DNA of 33,162 nucleotides, taken from positions 1-33,162 of the IMG/VR virus record IMGVR_UViG_3300030376_005255; one strand, written 5' to 3'. The notes beneath the pieces were generated by a model. It was not told the origin of the DNA. It ran no database searches and worked only from the letters and a program-made list of their open reading frames with translations. Source of the stretch: a virus. Taxonomy: Duplodnaviria > Caudoviricetes. A program made the position numbers and the translations under genes. Positions 20,201-28,123 of this stretch are shown in pieces (the stretch's first letter is position 1; each line of letters opens with the position of its first letter).

Positions 20201-20974
20201 ATTTTGATGTGGACCAAAACCATGAGTAGATATATTATTAAATGAAGTAGGTGAACCCGCTAAAGCATCTGAGCCCATAATATCTACAATATCTTTTCTA
20301 GAAAGTAAAGCATCTATATTGTCATCATCAAAAGTAGAAAGTGAAAATGCTGACATTATTTGGTCTTCTTTTCCTAATCTACCTAATGAACCATCTACAT
20401 TGTTTCTGTTAAATCTATGTAAAGCATATGGGTCAGGAGCGTTTGATATAGCTATAGCTTGCATACCTTTTTGAATTTTTAAAAAATCTAAAGCTACTTT
20501 ATTGCCTGTACCTTTTACATAGTCATCAATCTTTTTAGAATCAAGTTTGAATTCAGTATATAGTTGATTTCTTATTTTAAAATCTAATCTTCTTAATCTT
20601 AATGAAGTAAATCTACCACCTAGCACTCTTAACCCTCTACCACCAAGACCACCACCAGTCGGCATAAAAGAATTTAAAATTCTTGAATATCCAAAAGCAG
20701 CTAGTTTATAAACACCACGTCTTGTCAAAGATTTCATTGTTGCTTGCTGAGGATTTACTGCTGCTTTTACATCATTGCTAAATTGTAAAGAATTATATAA
20801 ACCACCTCTTGCTTTACTTGTACTTACACCAGTTAAAGCACCAACTGTTCCAAGATTGTAAGCAAATGCATAACCTTTATTTTTATAACCAGGAACGTCT
20901 CTAAGAGACTTGAACATTCTCCTTCCAGTACTAGCAGACCGAAGGTCAGAAGCAACGTTACCTAAGTAACCCAT
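17243..20974 (-). CDS. Very large basic protein (1243 aa) at the HK97 gp10-like neck position
   Basis: Single ORF between the head-closure and tail-terminator genes. Contains separated gp10-like motifs: AISNAP ... IQSAI ... YQIEYG ... TPSLFMYRSAL. Confidence 0.7.
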   Translation of the reverse strand: MGYLGNVASDLRSASTGRRMFKSLRDVPGYKNKGYAFAYNLGTVGALTGVSTSKARGGLYNSLQFSNDVKAAVNPQQATMKSLTRRGVYKLAAFGYSRILNSFMPTGGGLGGRGLRVLGGRFTSLRLRRLDFKIRNQLYTEFKLDSKKIDDYVKGTGNKVALDFLKIQKGMQAIAISNAPDPYALHRFNRNNVDGSLGRLGKEDQIMSAFSLSTFDDDNIDALLSRKDIVDIMGSDALAGSPTSFNNISTHGFGPHQNGRILESLYAPNTGNQGTFERSHTPSMTNSEAKSLADLAVGESGIGAEYAFGNPTGGAETVTKIKEFIAETMLLADKMGPDFTGPVQNHVNMAIATARSLQEKLDVMGPEGVLQIGKSVDVMRYLHGDDANYTGTSSYRKKSRYRNADLNIYGPPVEKTVKQDVVRNVQVKEGEYASTSFVMPNLERQEKTGTDRFGGDIFEDVPIQGPNTSKKFFTGGTVTEKRVRTQQTVKKVSGENLGSLRYKKALADRQKPNPTPINRDTHLVQNFSDNPTRHNFVPNRRQIQSAIHSKKPNTSPKGKEATVEYVVSFGGKTPQSTKNDAIRDSYQIEYGGPGTDKRGKLTERTDMFTYTPSLFMYRSALGAAKAFGLEVSSGKNVVGHVSGGMAGVSASNSLSDIFVKSRGVSGPTGKRERQILEELYEKSAKNINNPIFENGHLMLSKNKVLSTAFDTGSLDLASDTLNDAIFGGRRILNQMGVADKTGRRPGTFSNEGRSINDRRAFEKVIRDEDSILNQEKAIHRMQKEMGRTGQVMPSDDFLDEFVVGFEYSEPPPQGFNYREHKDPKTKEITYEITSRQFDQADLPLNDDGKPFIPGQIINARSKKNVTSLDSGFNYEDPGVREDVEILRDMEANNISGPDDPKFEKQVIRAKIGRQLQFQSVSDKINRQFRQRLSILGDELGDSEIVDFANRLTNNLLRDIRKINPKFAGGGPGGVDNLTPREINLIVEFAGAQFESLNTVIHKSKRRSRGVRRTRNQFHTETINNPDVREQIIRDSEASARNTFGVFFDEKARDDILEIFSDTMHLNAVIDGTMDINRAIHLTKRRSELALGRIENRIENPITDTVSDVSGKKRARVDIPGTTLTPGGRSGDAPVGQVVATTSAFDQLIEREEKEFGLRGYSTAAQLKYCQREINRLERANDRAIIKSQIIRKCEASPFIKSAFIRFIAQDSNSRGMGLDGSVQSIRQYLDTFYSNIGLAPPDF

Positions 20975-20975
20975 A

Positions 20976-21323
20976 TTACTCTCTATGTAATAAGCTTAAG
21001 GATTTGTAATATATTTCGCCATCCATTTTTCTTCCTTCGCTTACGGCTTCTATCTCATAATATTTATTGGAGGATGCTTCATATATTCTATCTGATGCTT
21101 TAACATCTGTATCACCTGGGAGTACTAAATTAAAACTTCTTACAACAGTATTTCTACCATCTCTGTTTTCTACTTCATTGATTAAAGTAAATCTACATGG
21201 AACATTTGAAGATACATTTGCCCAATCATTACTTTCTATTCCTCTTTCGTCTACAGAAGAACCAGAAGTTCTTTGTATGTGAACTTTATCAATAAGTAAT
21301 CTTCTTGGAAATCTTGCTGGCAT
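20976..21323 (-). CDS. Head closure / head-tail adaptor (SPP1 gp16-like), 115 aa
   Basis: V.IQR....DERG.....W......VPCRF...DVKASDRI......YEI.AV pattern, plus synteny. Confidence 0.8.
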   Translation of the reverse strand: MPARFPRRLLIDKVHIQRTSGSSVDERGIESNDWANVSSNVPCRFTLINEVENRDGRNTVVRSFNLVLPGDTDVKASDRIYEASSNKYYEIEAVSEGRKMDGEIYYKSLSLLHRE

Positions 21324-21979
21324 TATACAAAGAACTGCCTTCTGAATGGACTAAGTAATGTTAAATCAGCAGCAGTTAATATTGTTGCTGCATTTAATGA
21401 AAGTCCACCAGGATAACTAACAGAGTAATCTCCCATTCTTTGACTATCAGATAAAACAAAATTAGACACATCAGAAGTAGATTGTCCTTTGATTTCTCCT
21501 GCTTCTTGTTGTGATGCAATTATTAAAGTTGATTCAAGAATTCTAGCAGCAGACCTTTCAGTAACGGATTTAAACTGTATAGGAAGTTTTGGATTATCAG
21601 AACCACTTCGTGGATAATATCCTGCGTTATAAACTACAGTAATATTTAGAGGTCTTGCATAAGACCATCTTGTTCCAATTCTTGTTACTCTACCATTAGA
21701 ATATTTAACAAAATCTTTTGAGTTACCTTCTTCTAATGTAGTGTCATCTTCAGTTATTGATGTTATAGAATTTACTGGTAGATGAGTTAAAAATAAATCT
21801 TTAGTTTGGTCACCTGTAAATGTTTCAGTTTGATTAGCTTGTTCGACATCGTAACCTACATATTCAACAATAGCTGCTTGAACTAAAGGAATAATATTGT
21901 TTGTTAAGTGTGTCTCTAAGTCAGAGGATAAAGCAAACTGTACGTAATTTTCTACGTCAGATGCAGTACAGAAAGCCAT
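21323..21979 (-). CDS. Head-tail connector (gp6/gp15-like), 218 aa
   Basis: FCTASDV..., L.L.HLPV.SITSI, VVYNAGY, P.....V...AAR, and S..MGDYSVSY. Confidence 0.82.
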   Translation of the reverse strand: MAFCTASDVENYVQFALSSDLETHLTNNIIPLVQAAIVEYVGYDVEQANQTETFTGDQTKDLFLTHLPVNSITSITEDDTTLEEGNSKDFVKYSNGRVTRIGTRWSYARPLNITVVYNAGYYPRSGSDNPKLPIQFKSVTERSAARILESTLIIASQQEAGEIKGQSTSDVSNFVLSDSQRMGDYSVSYPGGLSLNAATILTAADLTLLSPFRRQFFV

Positions 21980-21996
21980 TAGTTAGACCTCCTGTT

Positions 21997-22257
21997 TTAC
22001 TTATCTTCTTTTTTAACTTTGGCAGCTTTGTTTTCTACTGGTTCCTGAGCTTTAGCTTTTGCTGGCTCTGCCTTAGCAGGAGCTTTTTTAGCAGGAGCTT
22101 TCTTTCCCCAACCTTGCTCTTTCAGCCATTCAGTTGGATATTCATGTCCAGCTTTAGCAATTAAATCTGCTTGACTTACAGGTAAGTCTGCAGCAACGCC
22201 TTCCCATAACTTTCCATCAGGGAGCTTCCAAATATTCTTTTCTGGTATCGTATACAT
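21997..22257 (-). CDS. Small head-region protein with Lys/Ala/Pro-rich tail (86 aa)
   Basis: KKAPAKKAPAKAEPAKAK low-complexity tail and PVENKA motif. Located after the MCP gene. Confidence 0.7.
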   Translation of the reverse strand: MYTIPEKNIWKLPDGKLWEGVAADLPVSQADLIAKAGHEYPTEWLKEQGWGKKAPAKKAPAKAEPAKAKAQEPVENKAAKVKKEDK

Positions 22258-22272
22258 AATAATTATCCTACC

Positions 22273-22338
22273 TTACTTCTTACGCTTTTTAGGTTTTTTC
22301 TTTTTCTTAGGTTTGTTGTAGTTCATGCCGTAGCCCAT
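22273..22338 (-). CDS. Polybasic microprotein MGYGMNYNKPKKKKKPKKRKK (21 aa)
   Basis: Below the track's size cut-off. Has an AGGAGAG SD upstream and fits the gap between two genes. 11 of 21 residues are K/R. Confidence 0.7.
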   Translation of the reverse strand: MGYGMNYNKPKKKKKPKKRKK

Positions 22339-22355
22339 AGTTCACTCTCCTGTGA

Positions 22356-22535
22356 TTATTCTTCTATTACCTCGTCAGTACTATCCTCAACCTTCTCCTC
22401 ATCAGAAACTTCTTCTTCCTTAATTAAAAATTGTTCTAATTTTGCCTCAGAATTTTCAAAAAAATCTTTATCTCTTACAACCATACCAAATCTTTCTACT
22501 TGGTCTTTTGTGTCTTGTTGGTTTACATATTTCAT
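22356..22535 (-). CDS. Small acidic protein (59 aa, MKYVNQQDTK...DEVIEE)
   Basis: Start moved from the track's 22643 to ATG 22535, which has an AGGAGA SD and avoids overlapping the MCP gene and hairpin. Confidence 0.7.
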   Translation of the reverse strand: MKYVNQQDTKDQVERFGMVVRDKDFFENSEAKLEQFLIKEEEVSDEEKVEDSTDEVIEE

Positions 22536-22548
22536 AAATTCTCCTAAT

Positions 22549-22586
22549 GGTTTAAAGGGCGAATACAAATCCGCCCTTTTAAAACC
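22549..22586 (-). terminator. Stem-loop after the major capsid gene (probable leaky terminator or mRNA stabiliser)
   Basis: AAAGGGCGGAT-TTGT-ATTCGCCCTTT, extendable by GGTTT/AAACC, 10 nt after the MCP stop. The U-tract is short. Confidence 0.7.
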
Positions 22587-22596
22587 AAATGTCTTG

Positions 22597-23823
22597 TTAC
22601 ATTGCTGTAATAGTACAGAATGCAGTTGGACGATAAATTGCAAATCCTAATCTCATTGTCAATCTGATTGCCAATTGATTCTTTGCAAAGAAATCGCTGT
22701 GACTGTCGGAAACAGCTAAGTCAACGCCTTCTCTCATTATTACTTGAGCAGCATCGCCTCCGCCGAATTTACCGACTAACATTGTTCCTTCAGCAATTAC
22801 TGATGAAGTAACTACGTTTAATCCCCAAAGTTTTGGAGCAACAGCTTCACCGAATCCACCAGCAACGACAAACAATGGGTTTCTAGAACCGCTTGTTTCT
22901 ACAGAACTTTCTTCTGTAACAAGGTCGTACCAGTCGGATGGGTGCATAATTATTGCGTCTGGTTCTACGAAAGCATCTTTTCTGATTTCAGTGATTGCTT
23001 GATAGACCTGACCGATTTTTCTTAACTTACCTGAATATGAACCAAATGCAAAGGTATTAATACCTGATTTGTTCAATATACCAGTTAAGTTAGGAGCACT
23101 TCCTGAACCGTTGATTAATTGGTTATCCAAGTTCAACTTCATCATTGTTGATAAACGTGAGTTGACATATCCTTGAATACCAGCAACATCAGCTAACAAC
23201 TCGTCAGTTACAGGCAAGAAAGTAGCCATCTTTCTGATGGATTCTGTTCTTTCTGTAAATGCTAAAGCACCTTCATTAGATGAACTAATGTCAGTAGACT
23301 CAGCAACTGCACCAGCGTTGTTGGTGAATGTTGTTTCTTCAAGATATACGTAAGCATTTTGGTTTGTTTGAATTTGGTCAAATAATCCAATAACGCTATC
23401 AGGATTTCTTAAAGCGGTCTCCAATATACCAGGAGCTCTTAGGCTCTCTGGTGCATAACCAGTTGTATTTAATGTTGTTTTAAATTCAACATTTGAATCT
23501 ACACCTTTAACACCATTCTCATTATATGCATTATAAGCTTTTGTTCCTGTGAACATTTCACCAATTGATTTTGGTGAGTTTACTTCTTCTGCATTAGGAA
23601 TAGCATTTACAGGTGCTGATTCGACTTCCATAGCCTTTTCGTTGTTAACTTTTGCTTCTTCAATTTTTAAATCATCAACAAGTCCTGCAAGTTCTGTGTT
23701 GTAACCTTTGATTTTCTCTTTGGCTTCAGCAGTGTACTTGCCGTCTTCTTGTGACTCAAAAGCAGCTTTAAGTTCTTCACGAGAATTAGCTATTTGGTCT
23801 TTGAGTTCTTTAATTTTACTCAT
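22597..23823 (-). CDS. Major capsid protein, HK97 fold with N-terminal delta domain (408 aa)
   Basis: Coiled-coil N-terminus. Motifs RKMATFLPVTDELLAD, QLINGSG..PNLTGIL, AIIMHPSDW, LWGLNVV and F.KNQLAIR..MRL....RP.AF. Confidence 0.96.
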   Translation of the reverse strand: MSKIKELKDQIANSREELKAAFESQEDGKYTAEAKEKIKGYNTELAGLVDDLKIEEAKVNNEKAMEVESAPVNAIPNAEEVNSPKSIGEMFTGTKAYNAYNENGVKGVDSNVEFKTTLNTTGYAPESLRAPGILETALRNPDSVIGLFDQIQTNQNAYVYLEETTFTNNAGAVAESTDISSSNEGALAFTERTESIRKMATFLPVTDELLADVAGIQGYVNSRLSTMMKLNLDNQLINGSGSAPNLTGILNKSGINTFAFGSYSGKLRKIGQVYQAITEIRKDAFVEPDAIIMHPSDWYDLVTEESSVETSGSRNPLFVVAGGFGEAVAPKLWGLNVVTSSVIAEGTMLVGKFGGGDAAQVIMREGVDLAVSDSHSDFFAKNQLAIRLTMRLGFAIYRPTAFCTITAM

Positions 23824-23846
23824 TAACTTAATCTCCTGTGATTATA

Positions 23847-25451
23847 TTATTCTTCGATTAAGTCAGCTTCCAAGGACTCAGCAATTAATGCTTGTCCTTC
23901 AGCCCAGAGTGTATCAGATTCTTCGTCGATTTGAACTTCAGCTTCACCTTCTGCTACTTCTTCTGATTCACCAACAGGTACAGCGTCGGTCTCTGGTTCA
24001 ACAGATTCCTCTTCTTCCTGTGTTTCCTCTTCTTCAGTAACTTCAGGTTCTATGACTTCAACTTCTTCAGTAGATTCTACTACTGCTTCAGCTTCATCAT
24101 TTGCATCAACTTCTTCCACAGATTCCTCTTCAACAGATTCTTCTGCTTCTTCGACGGCTTCCTCTAATACTTCTTCATTATCATTTCCGAATTCAGTTAT
24201 GAATTCATCAACTTCTGCCCAAGCTTCCGTTAAGTCTTCTTGAACAGAGCGTAATGCTTCTGTAGCCTTCATACCTAGTTTCCTCCCGTCCTTAGCACGT
24301 AACATCGCAATGGCGTTAGCGCGTGCCATCAAGTTATTAAATGCAGCAAGCACATCTTTAACTTGTTGTGAAAAAGAAACCTTATCTTGAGTCTCTTCTT
24401 CAACACTTTCATCTACTTTGTAATATGATTTACCTTCAACTTCAACAATGTTAATTGTCTTGCCAGAAGTTTCTGCTTCAGCTAAAGCTTTAGCAGGGTC
24501 TTCATAAATATTTTGTAATGCCTTTTCAGGTTCGGGGTCAAGTAATTGGTCTCTGATATCATTAATATCTTTTGCCAGTTCTTTTACTTTACTTACCCAC
24601 CAACTTGGAAGTTCAGCATTTTCATCTTTTGGTAGATTCTTTAAAATATCTTTCATGTCTTCAGCGATAGTTCCTAATGCCTGCATGACAGTGTGTTGTG
24701 GTGTGTGACCTTTTGGCTTATCACCATTCCCTGTTGCTTCATGATATTCTTCATGAGTTTTGCATGGCATAAAAACTTCTTTTCCGTCATCTGTTTTATG
24801 AGTATGTACACCAACAGCACATGAAAGTTTTTTAGACCTTTCCATTGCTTCACCAGGATTATCAAAGACATCCTTGTCTAAAGCAACCTTTACATCATCA
24901 GCTGGCTCAAAAGATTCATTTGTTAAATTATCTTTTTCTCCAGATTCTTTTACAAAAGCTTTTACTAAATCATTATTAGATTTGATTGCCATTGTATATG
25001 TTTCTTGATTAGCTCCAACTAATACTGGGCTAACTTCGAATACAGTTAAGCTCTTAAGATATCGAGCATCTATTTGCTCGTCATTACCTCTTTCTTTGAA
25101 CTTACCGTGTTCAGCATCGTTAACTCTATATCCAAAAGACCATTGTTGTAACTCACCCATGTTCTTAACAAGTTTGTAAGCTTCTTGTCCTGAATCTGTA
25201 TCCATAAAAAATTCACCAACAAATGTAGCTTTATCGCCATCTTCTTTGATAAATCCTTTTCCTATAGGCATATCCCATTTATGAGCCCAAACCATAGGAA
25301 CCATTCCTGAATCCCATTTTGATTTGATTGCACCAGGTACGACAACATCGCCGTCTGAATCTAGATTATTGAATACAGAAAAAACTGCTGATACTTTTCC
25401 TTCAGATTCTTCATCAACCTGAAAGTCTATATTTTTAATTTCTTCTTGCAT
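23847..25451 (-). CDS. HK97-family prohead protease with long C-terminal extension (534 aa)
   Basis: aa 1-157: FSVFNNLDSDGDVVVPGA, WAHKWDMPIG (His), QWSFGY (Ser), FEVSPVLVGAN. Followed by extra domains and a Glu-rich tail. Confidence 0.92.
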   Translation of the reverse strand: MQEEIKNIDFQVDEESEGKVSAVFSVFNNLDSDGDVVVPGAIKSKWDSGMVPMVWAHKWDMPIGKGFIKEDGDKATFVGEFFMDTDSGQEAYKLVKNMGELQQWSFGYRVNDAEHGKFKERGNDEQIDARYLKSLTVFEVSPVLVGANQETYTMAIKSNNDLVKAFVKESGEKDNLTNESFEPADDVKVALDKDVFDNPGEAMERSKKLSCAVGVHTHKTDDGKEVFMPCKTHEEYHEATGNGDKPKGHTPQHTVMQALGTIAEDMKDILKNLPKDENAELPSWWVSKVKELAKDINDIRDQLLDPEPEKALQNIYEDPAKALAEAETSGKTINIVEVEGKSYYKVDESVEEETQDKVSFSQQVKDVLAAFNNLMARANAIAMLRAKDGRKLGMKATEALRSVQEDLTEAWAEVDEFITEFGNDNEEVLEEAVEEAEESVEEESVEEVDANDEAEAVVESTEEVEVIEPEVTEEEETQEEEESVEPETDAVPVGESEEVAEGEAEVQIDEESDTLWAEGQALIAESLEADLIEE

Positions 25452-25495
25452 GCTAAATAAAACTCCTATTGTAATTACAGTTTTATATATTTATA

Positions 25496-28120
25496 TTAAA
25501 CAGAAGGTGTTGAATTTAGTGTCTTTTCTTTTGTAATATCTTTTATAACAGTTAACTTTGAAATTGGTTGTGTTACTTGCCTGTCAGTCTTTTTATGTTT
25601 TCCGTTTTCTAATATTGCCCATACAACCATCGTTGCTGTTTTATCTTGTCCATTTATTGAAGTGACTACTCCGTGAACAGTAGAAGGTGGGTCGGGGTCC
25701 TTATTGATTGACCAACTAACAGATTGCCCAACTCTAACACTTGATGCTTTCTCCCCATCCTTTTTAGATGAGAGTGGGTGAGAAGAAGGAAGCAAGTCTT
25801 GGTCATAAGGCTTTCTCTTAAATCTACCAGTCCTCAATGCATGAAGGAACCCGTTAACTCTGGCTACTCCCCACTGTTCAGGTCCTGAAACATTACCACG
25901 AACTGAACCAGGGTTTGTACGATAAGCACCTACACCTCTACGAAACACAGCAATTAAAGTTCTTAAGTTAGCCCTATGCTTAGGATTTTTTTCATTGTGT
26001 TCCTTAACCTTATTAGTTAATATTTTTCTGACATTAGCAGAAACCTTTTGTGAAAATATATCATCTAGTATTTCACTTTGTAATTCTAAACTTTTCTTTC
26101 TTCTTTCTCTAACAAGTTTTTTTCTTTCAGTAATAATTTTTTTCATAGCAGGAACACCAATGTTAGATACACCGCCCCACTTTATATTTGCTATAGTTCC
26201 ATTTAATCTTGTATTACCTTGATGTCTTCCCATGTATCGTTCTCTTCTACGAACCCAATTCAAAACTGATTCACTTCTATCCCCAGCTTTGTATTTAGCC
26301 CAATTTCTATAAGCATCATTACCTGTGAAAGAAGTTGGTGGATTACCACCATTACCAGCTAATCTCCATATCTCTGGCCAGTTTTCTTTTAAATCTTTTG
26401 CATAACTAAATGGAAACTCTTTATATTTAGAATTAGATATTACAACTTTTTTATCTTCACCTGGACTTGGAAAATTAGTCCTATCTTTTTTAGGCTTTTC
26501 TTTCTTTTCACTTCTCCAAGAATCAGAATCTATTTCTTCTAAAACTTCAGCTTCTTCAGTGGATACTTTAATATTTTCTATATCATCATTTTTCTTCATG
26601 TTACTTAAAAAGGTTTCAGCTTCTTTTCTAGTTTTAAAACATTTAACAACTTCATTATCTTTGTGAGTAATTACACAATAAGAACCATTAGGCATTTGAG
26701 CAATATACTTTTCTTCTTCTAACCTTTGAGGTGATTCAACTATTTGTTGTCTTGTTGATTCTGGAACTGCAGCAACAGTTCCTAATAAACTTTTACCTTC
26801 ATCATCTGGAGAAAATCTATCTCTTTCCAATAATGGTTGACCATCTGTATCAATCTGTACAGTATTTAATGGTCTTAGGTATATTTCATGTCTTTCGTCA
26901 GCATCCAGACCTACTACCTTTCTAGCTTCGCCGATTGTTATCCAACCGCCTTGTACACCCGTATTAACTCTTTTATACAAATCATCCATATCTTCTGATA
27001 AGGCTCTTACATTTGGTATATCAAATTCACAAATAGAACCATCATTACTAAAGTCTGGTTCAAGTAATTGATGTGTAAGTTCTGAAGCAACCATTTTCCA
27101 TAGTGGTATAAGTTTTTGTTCTGTAAAAAATTCTCTTAACTCTCTTGTATTATTGTAAGTTGCTGAATCTAAACCAGCACCTAGTCCTGCTAATATTGCA
27201 GGTACACCTAGTACTGCTGATATTCTTTCTTCAGGAAGTCTTCTTAATTCTTGAAGTTTCATTTGGTCTGGAGAAAAAGAAACTATATCTACATTCATAG
27301 AACCAGATAGAACCATAGGGGCTCCTCTGTTTTGTCCACCAAACTTTTGTTTGTATGATTCAGATATTGCTTCTGCTTCTTCTCTAGTAGGACCACCTAA
27401 CGAATCATTTCTAGGAGACAGTACAACTCCAGGTACGGCCATATTGTGTAATAGAGCAGCGGACCATTGTCCTGCAGCCTCGTCTCCCAGAATCTCTCTA
27501 AGTACTCCTTTAAGAGGAGCATGACCTCTCCTATGGTCATTAGGGTCGATTCCTTGTCGGATATGCACTACATCTTCAACAGGTAATTTTAAATTCTCTC
27601 CACCTTTACCCTGTTGATAATATTCATAATGAGTTATCAGTTGTTCAGAGTTACCTCTTACTTCAACAAGGCTTGGCATTATAGGAACTAATTGGACTAC
27701 TTTTCCATTTGCATTTCTATTCTTAAAAAGAAAAGCATCTCCAACTGTATTGATTGCTAAAACTATATAGTGAGATAAAAGTCCAGCTGACATAAAAGGA
27801 TTAGGTCTTTTGTATAAACTTTCTACTGGATGATTATTTACGAGGTCTCTGTTTCCAAAAGAATCAGTTTTACTTACTTGAAGTAATGGTTCTGAAAATG
27901 CTGTTGATAAAACATTTAAGCAAGCTATTACAGCCGAATTAGCTGAACCATCTCCAATCTCTCTAAGTTTATCAGACTCCCAGAAACCAGCAGATGTGTT
28001 GTATCCGTATACAGATAAATCAGCACCATAAGTTTGGTTGTAACTAGCATTACTTTTACTTCCAATATCTCTACCTGCTAGAGCATCAAAAGCTTTTTGA
28101 AATCTATTTCTTTCTGCCAT
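25496..28120 (-). CDS. HK97-family portal protein with ~430-aa C-terminal extension (874 aa)
   Basis: aa 1-440: PNPFMSA, GDAF, DVVHIR, GHAPL, ERISAVLGVP, ATYNN, GWITIGEAR. Directly follows terL. Confidence 0.93.
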   Translation of the reverse strand: MAERNRFQKAFDALAGRDIGSKSNASYNQTYGADLSVYGYNTSAGFWESDKLREIGDGSANSAVIACLNVLSTAFSEPLLQVSKTDSFGNRDLVNNHPVESLYKRPNPFMSAGLLSHYIVLAINTVGDAFLFKNRNANGKVVQLVPIMPSLVEVRGNSEQLITHYEYYQQGKGGENLKLPVEDVVHIRQGIDPNDHRRGHAPLKGVLREILGDEAAGQWSAALLHNMAVPGVVLSPRNDSLGGPTREEAEAISESYKQKFGGQNRGAPMVLSGSMNVDIVSFSPDQMKLQELRRLPEERISAVLGVPAILAGLGAGLDSATYNNTRELREFFTEQKLIPLWKMVASELTHQLLEPDFSNDGSICEFDIPNVRALSEDMDDLYKRVNTGVQGGWITIGEARKVVGLDADERHEIYLRPLNTVQIDTDGQPLLERDRFSPDDEGKSLLGTVAAVPESTRQQIVESPQRLEEEKYIAQMPNGSYCVITHKDNEVVKCFKTRKEAETFLSNMKKNDDIENIKVSTEEAEVLEEIDSDSWRSEKKEKPKKDRTNFPSPGEDKKVVISNSKYKEFPFSYAKDLKENWPEIWRLAGNGGNPPTSFTGNDAYRNWAKYKAGDRSESVLNWVRRRERYMGRHQGNTRLNGTIANIKWGGVSNIGVPAMKKIITERKKLVRERRKKSLELQSEILDDIFSQKVSANVRKILTNKVKEHNEKNPKHRANLRTLIAVFRRGVGAYRTNPGSVRGNVSGPEQWGVARVNGFLHALRTGRFKRKPYDQDLLPSSHPLSSKKDGEKASSVRVGQSVSWSINKDPDPPSTVHGVVTSINGQDKTATMVVWAILENGKHKKTDRQVTQPISKLTVIKDITKEKTLNSTPSV

Positions 28121-28123
28121 TAA

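Noticed and set aside
19360-20430. Intein or homing endonuclease as the insertion in the 1243-aa protein
   Set aside because: No Cys/Ser start with an HN-[C/S/T] end (the nearest is HNF), and no LAGLIDADG or HNH motifs seen.
22536-22643. Track start for the 95-aa ORF
   Set aside because: It would overlap the MCP 3' end and run through the hairpin. ATG 22535 has a clear SD.
6646-24871. Nested same-strand alternative-frame ORFs (6646-6882, 15745-15960, 16117-16332, 24674-24871)
   Set aside because: They lie almost entirely inside conserved genes and show no recognisable motifs.
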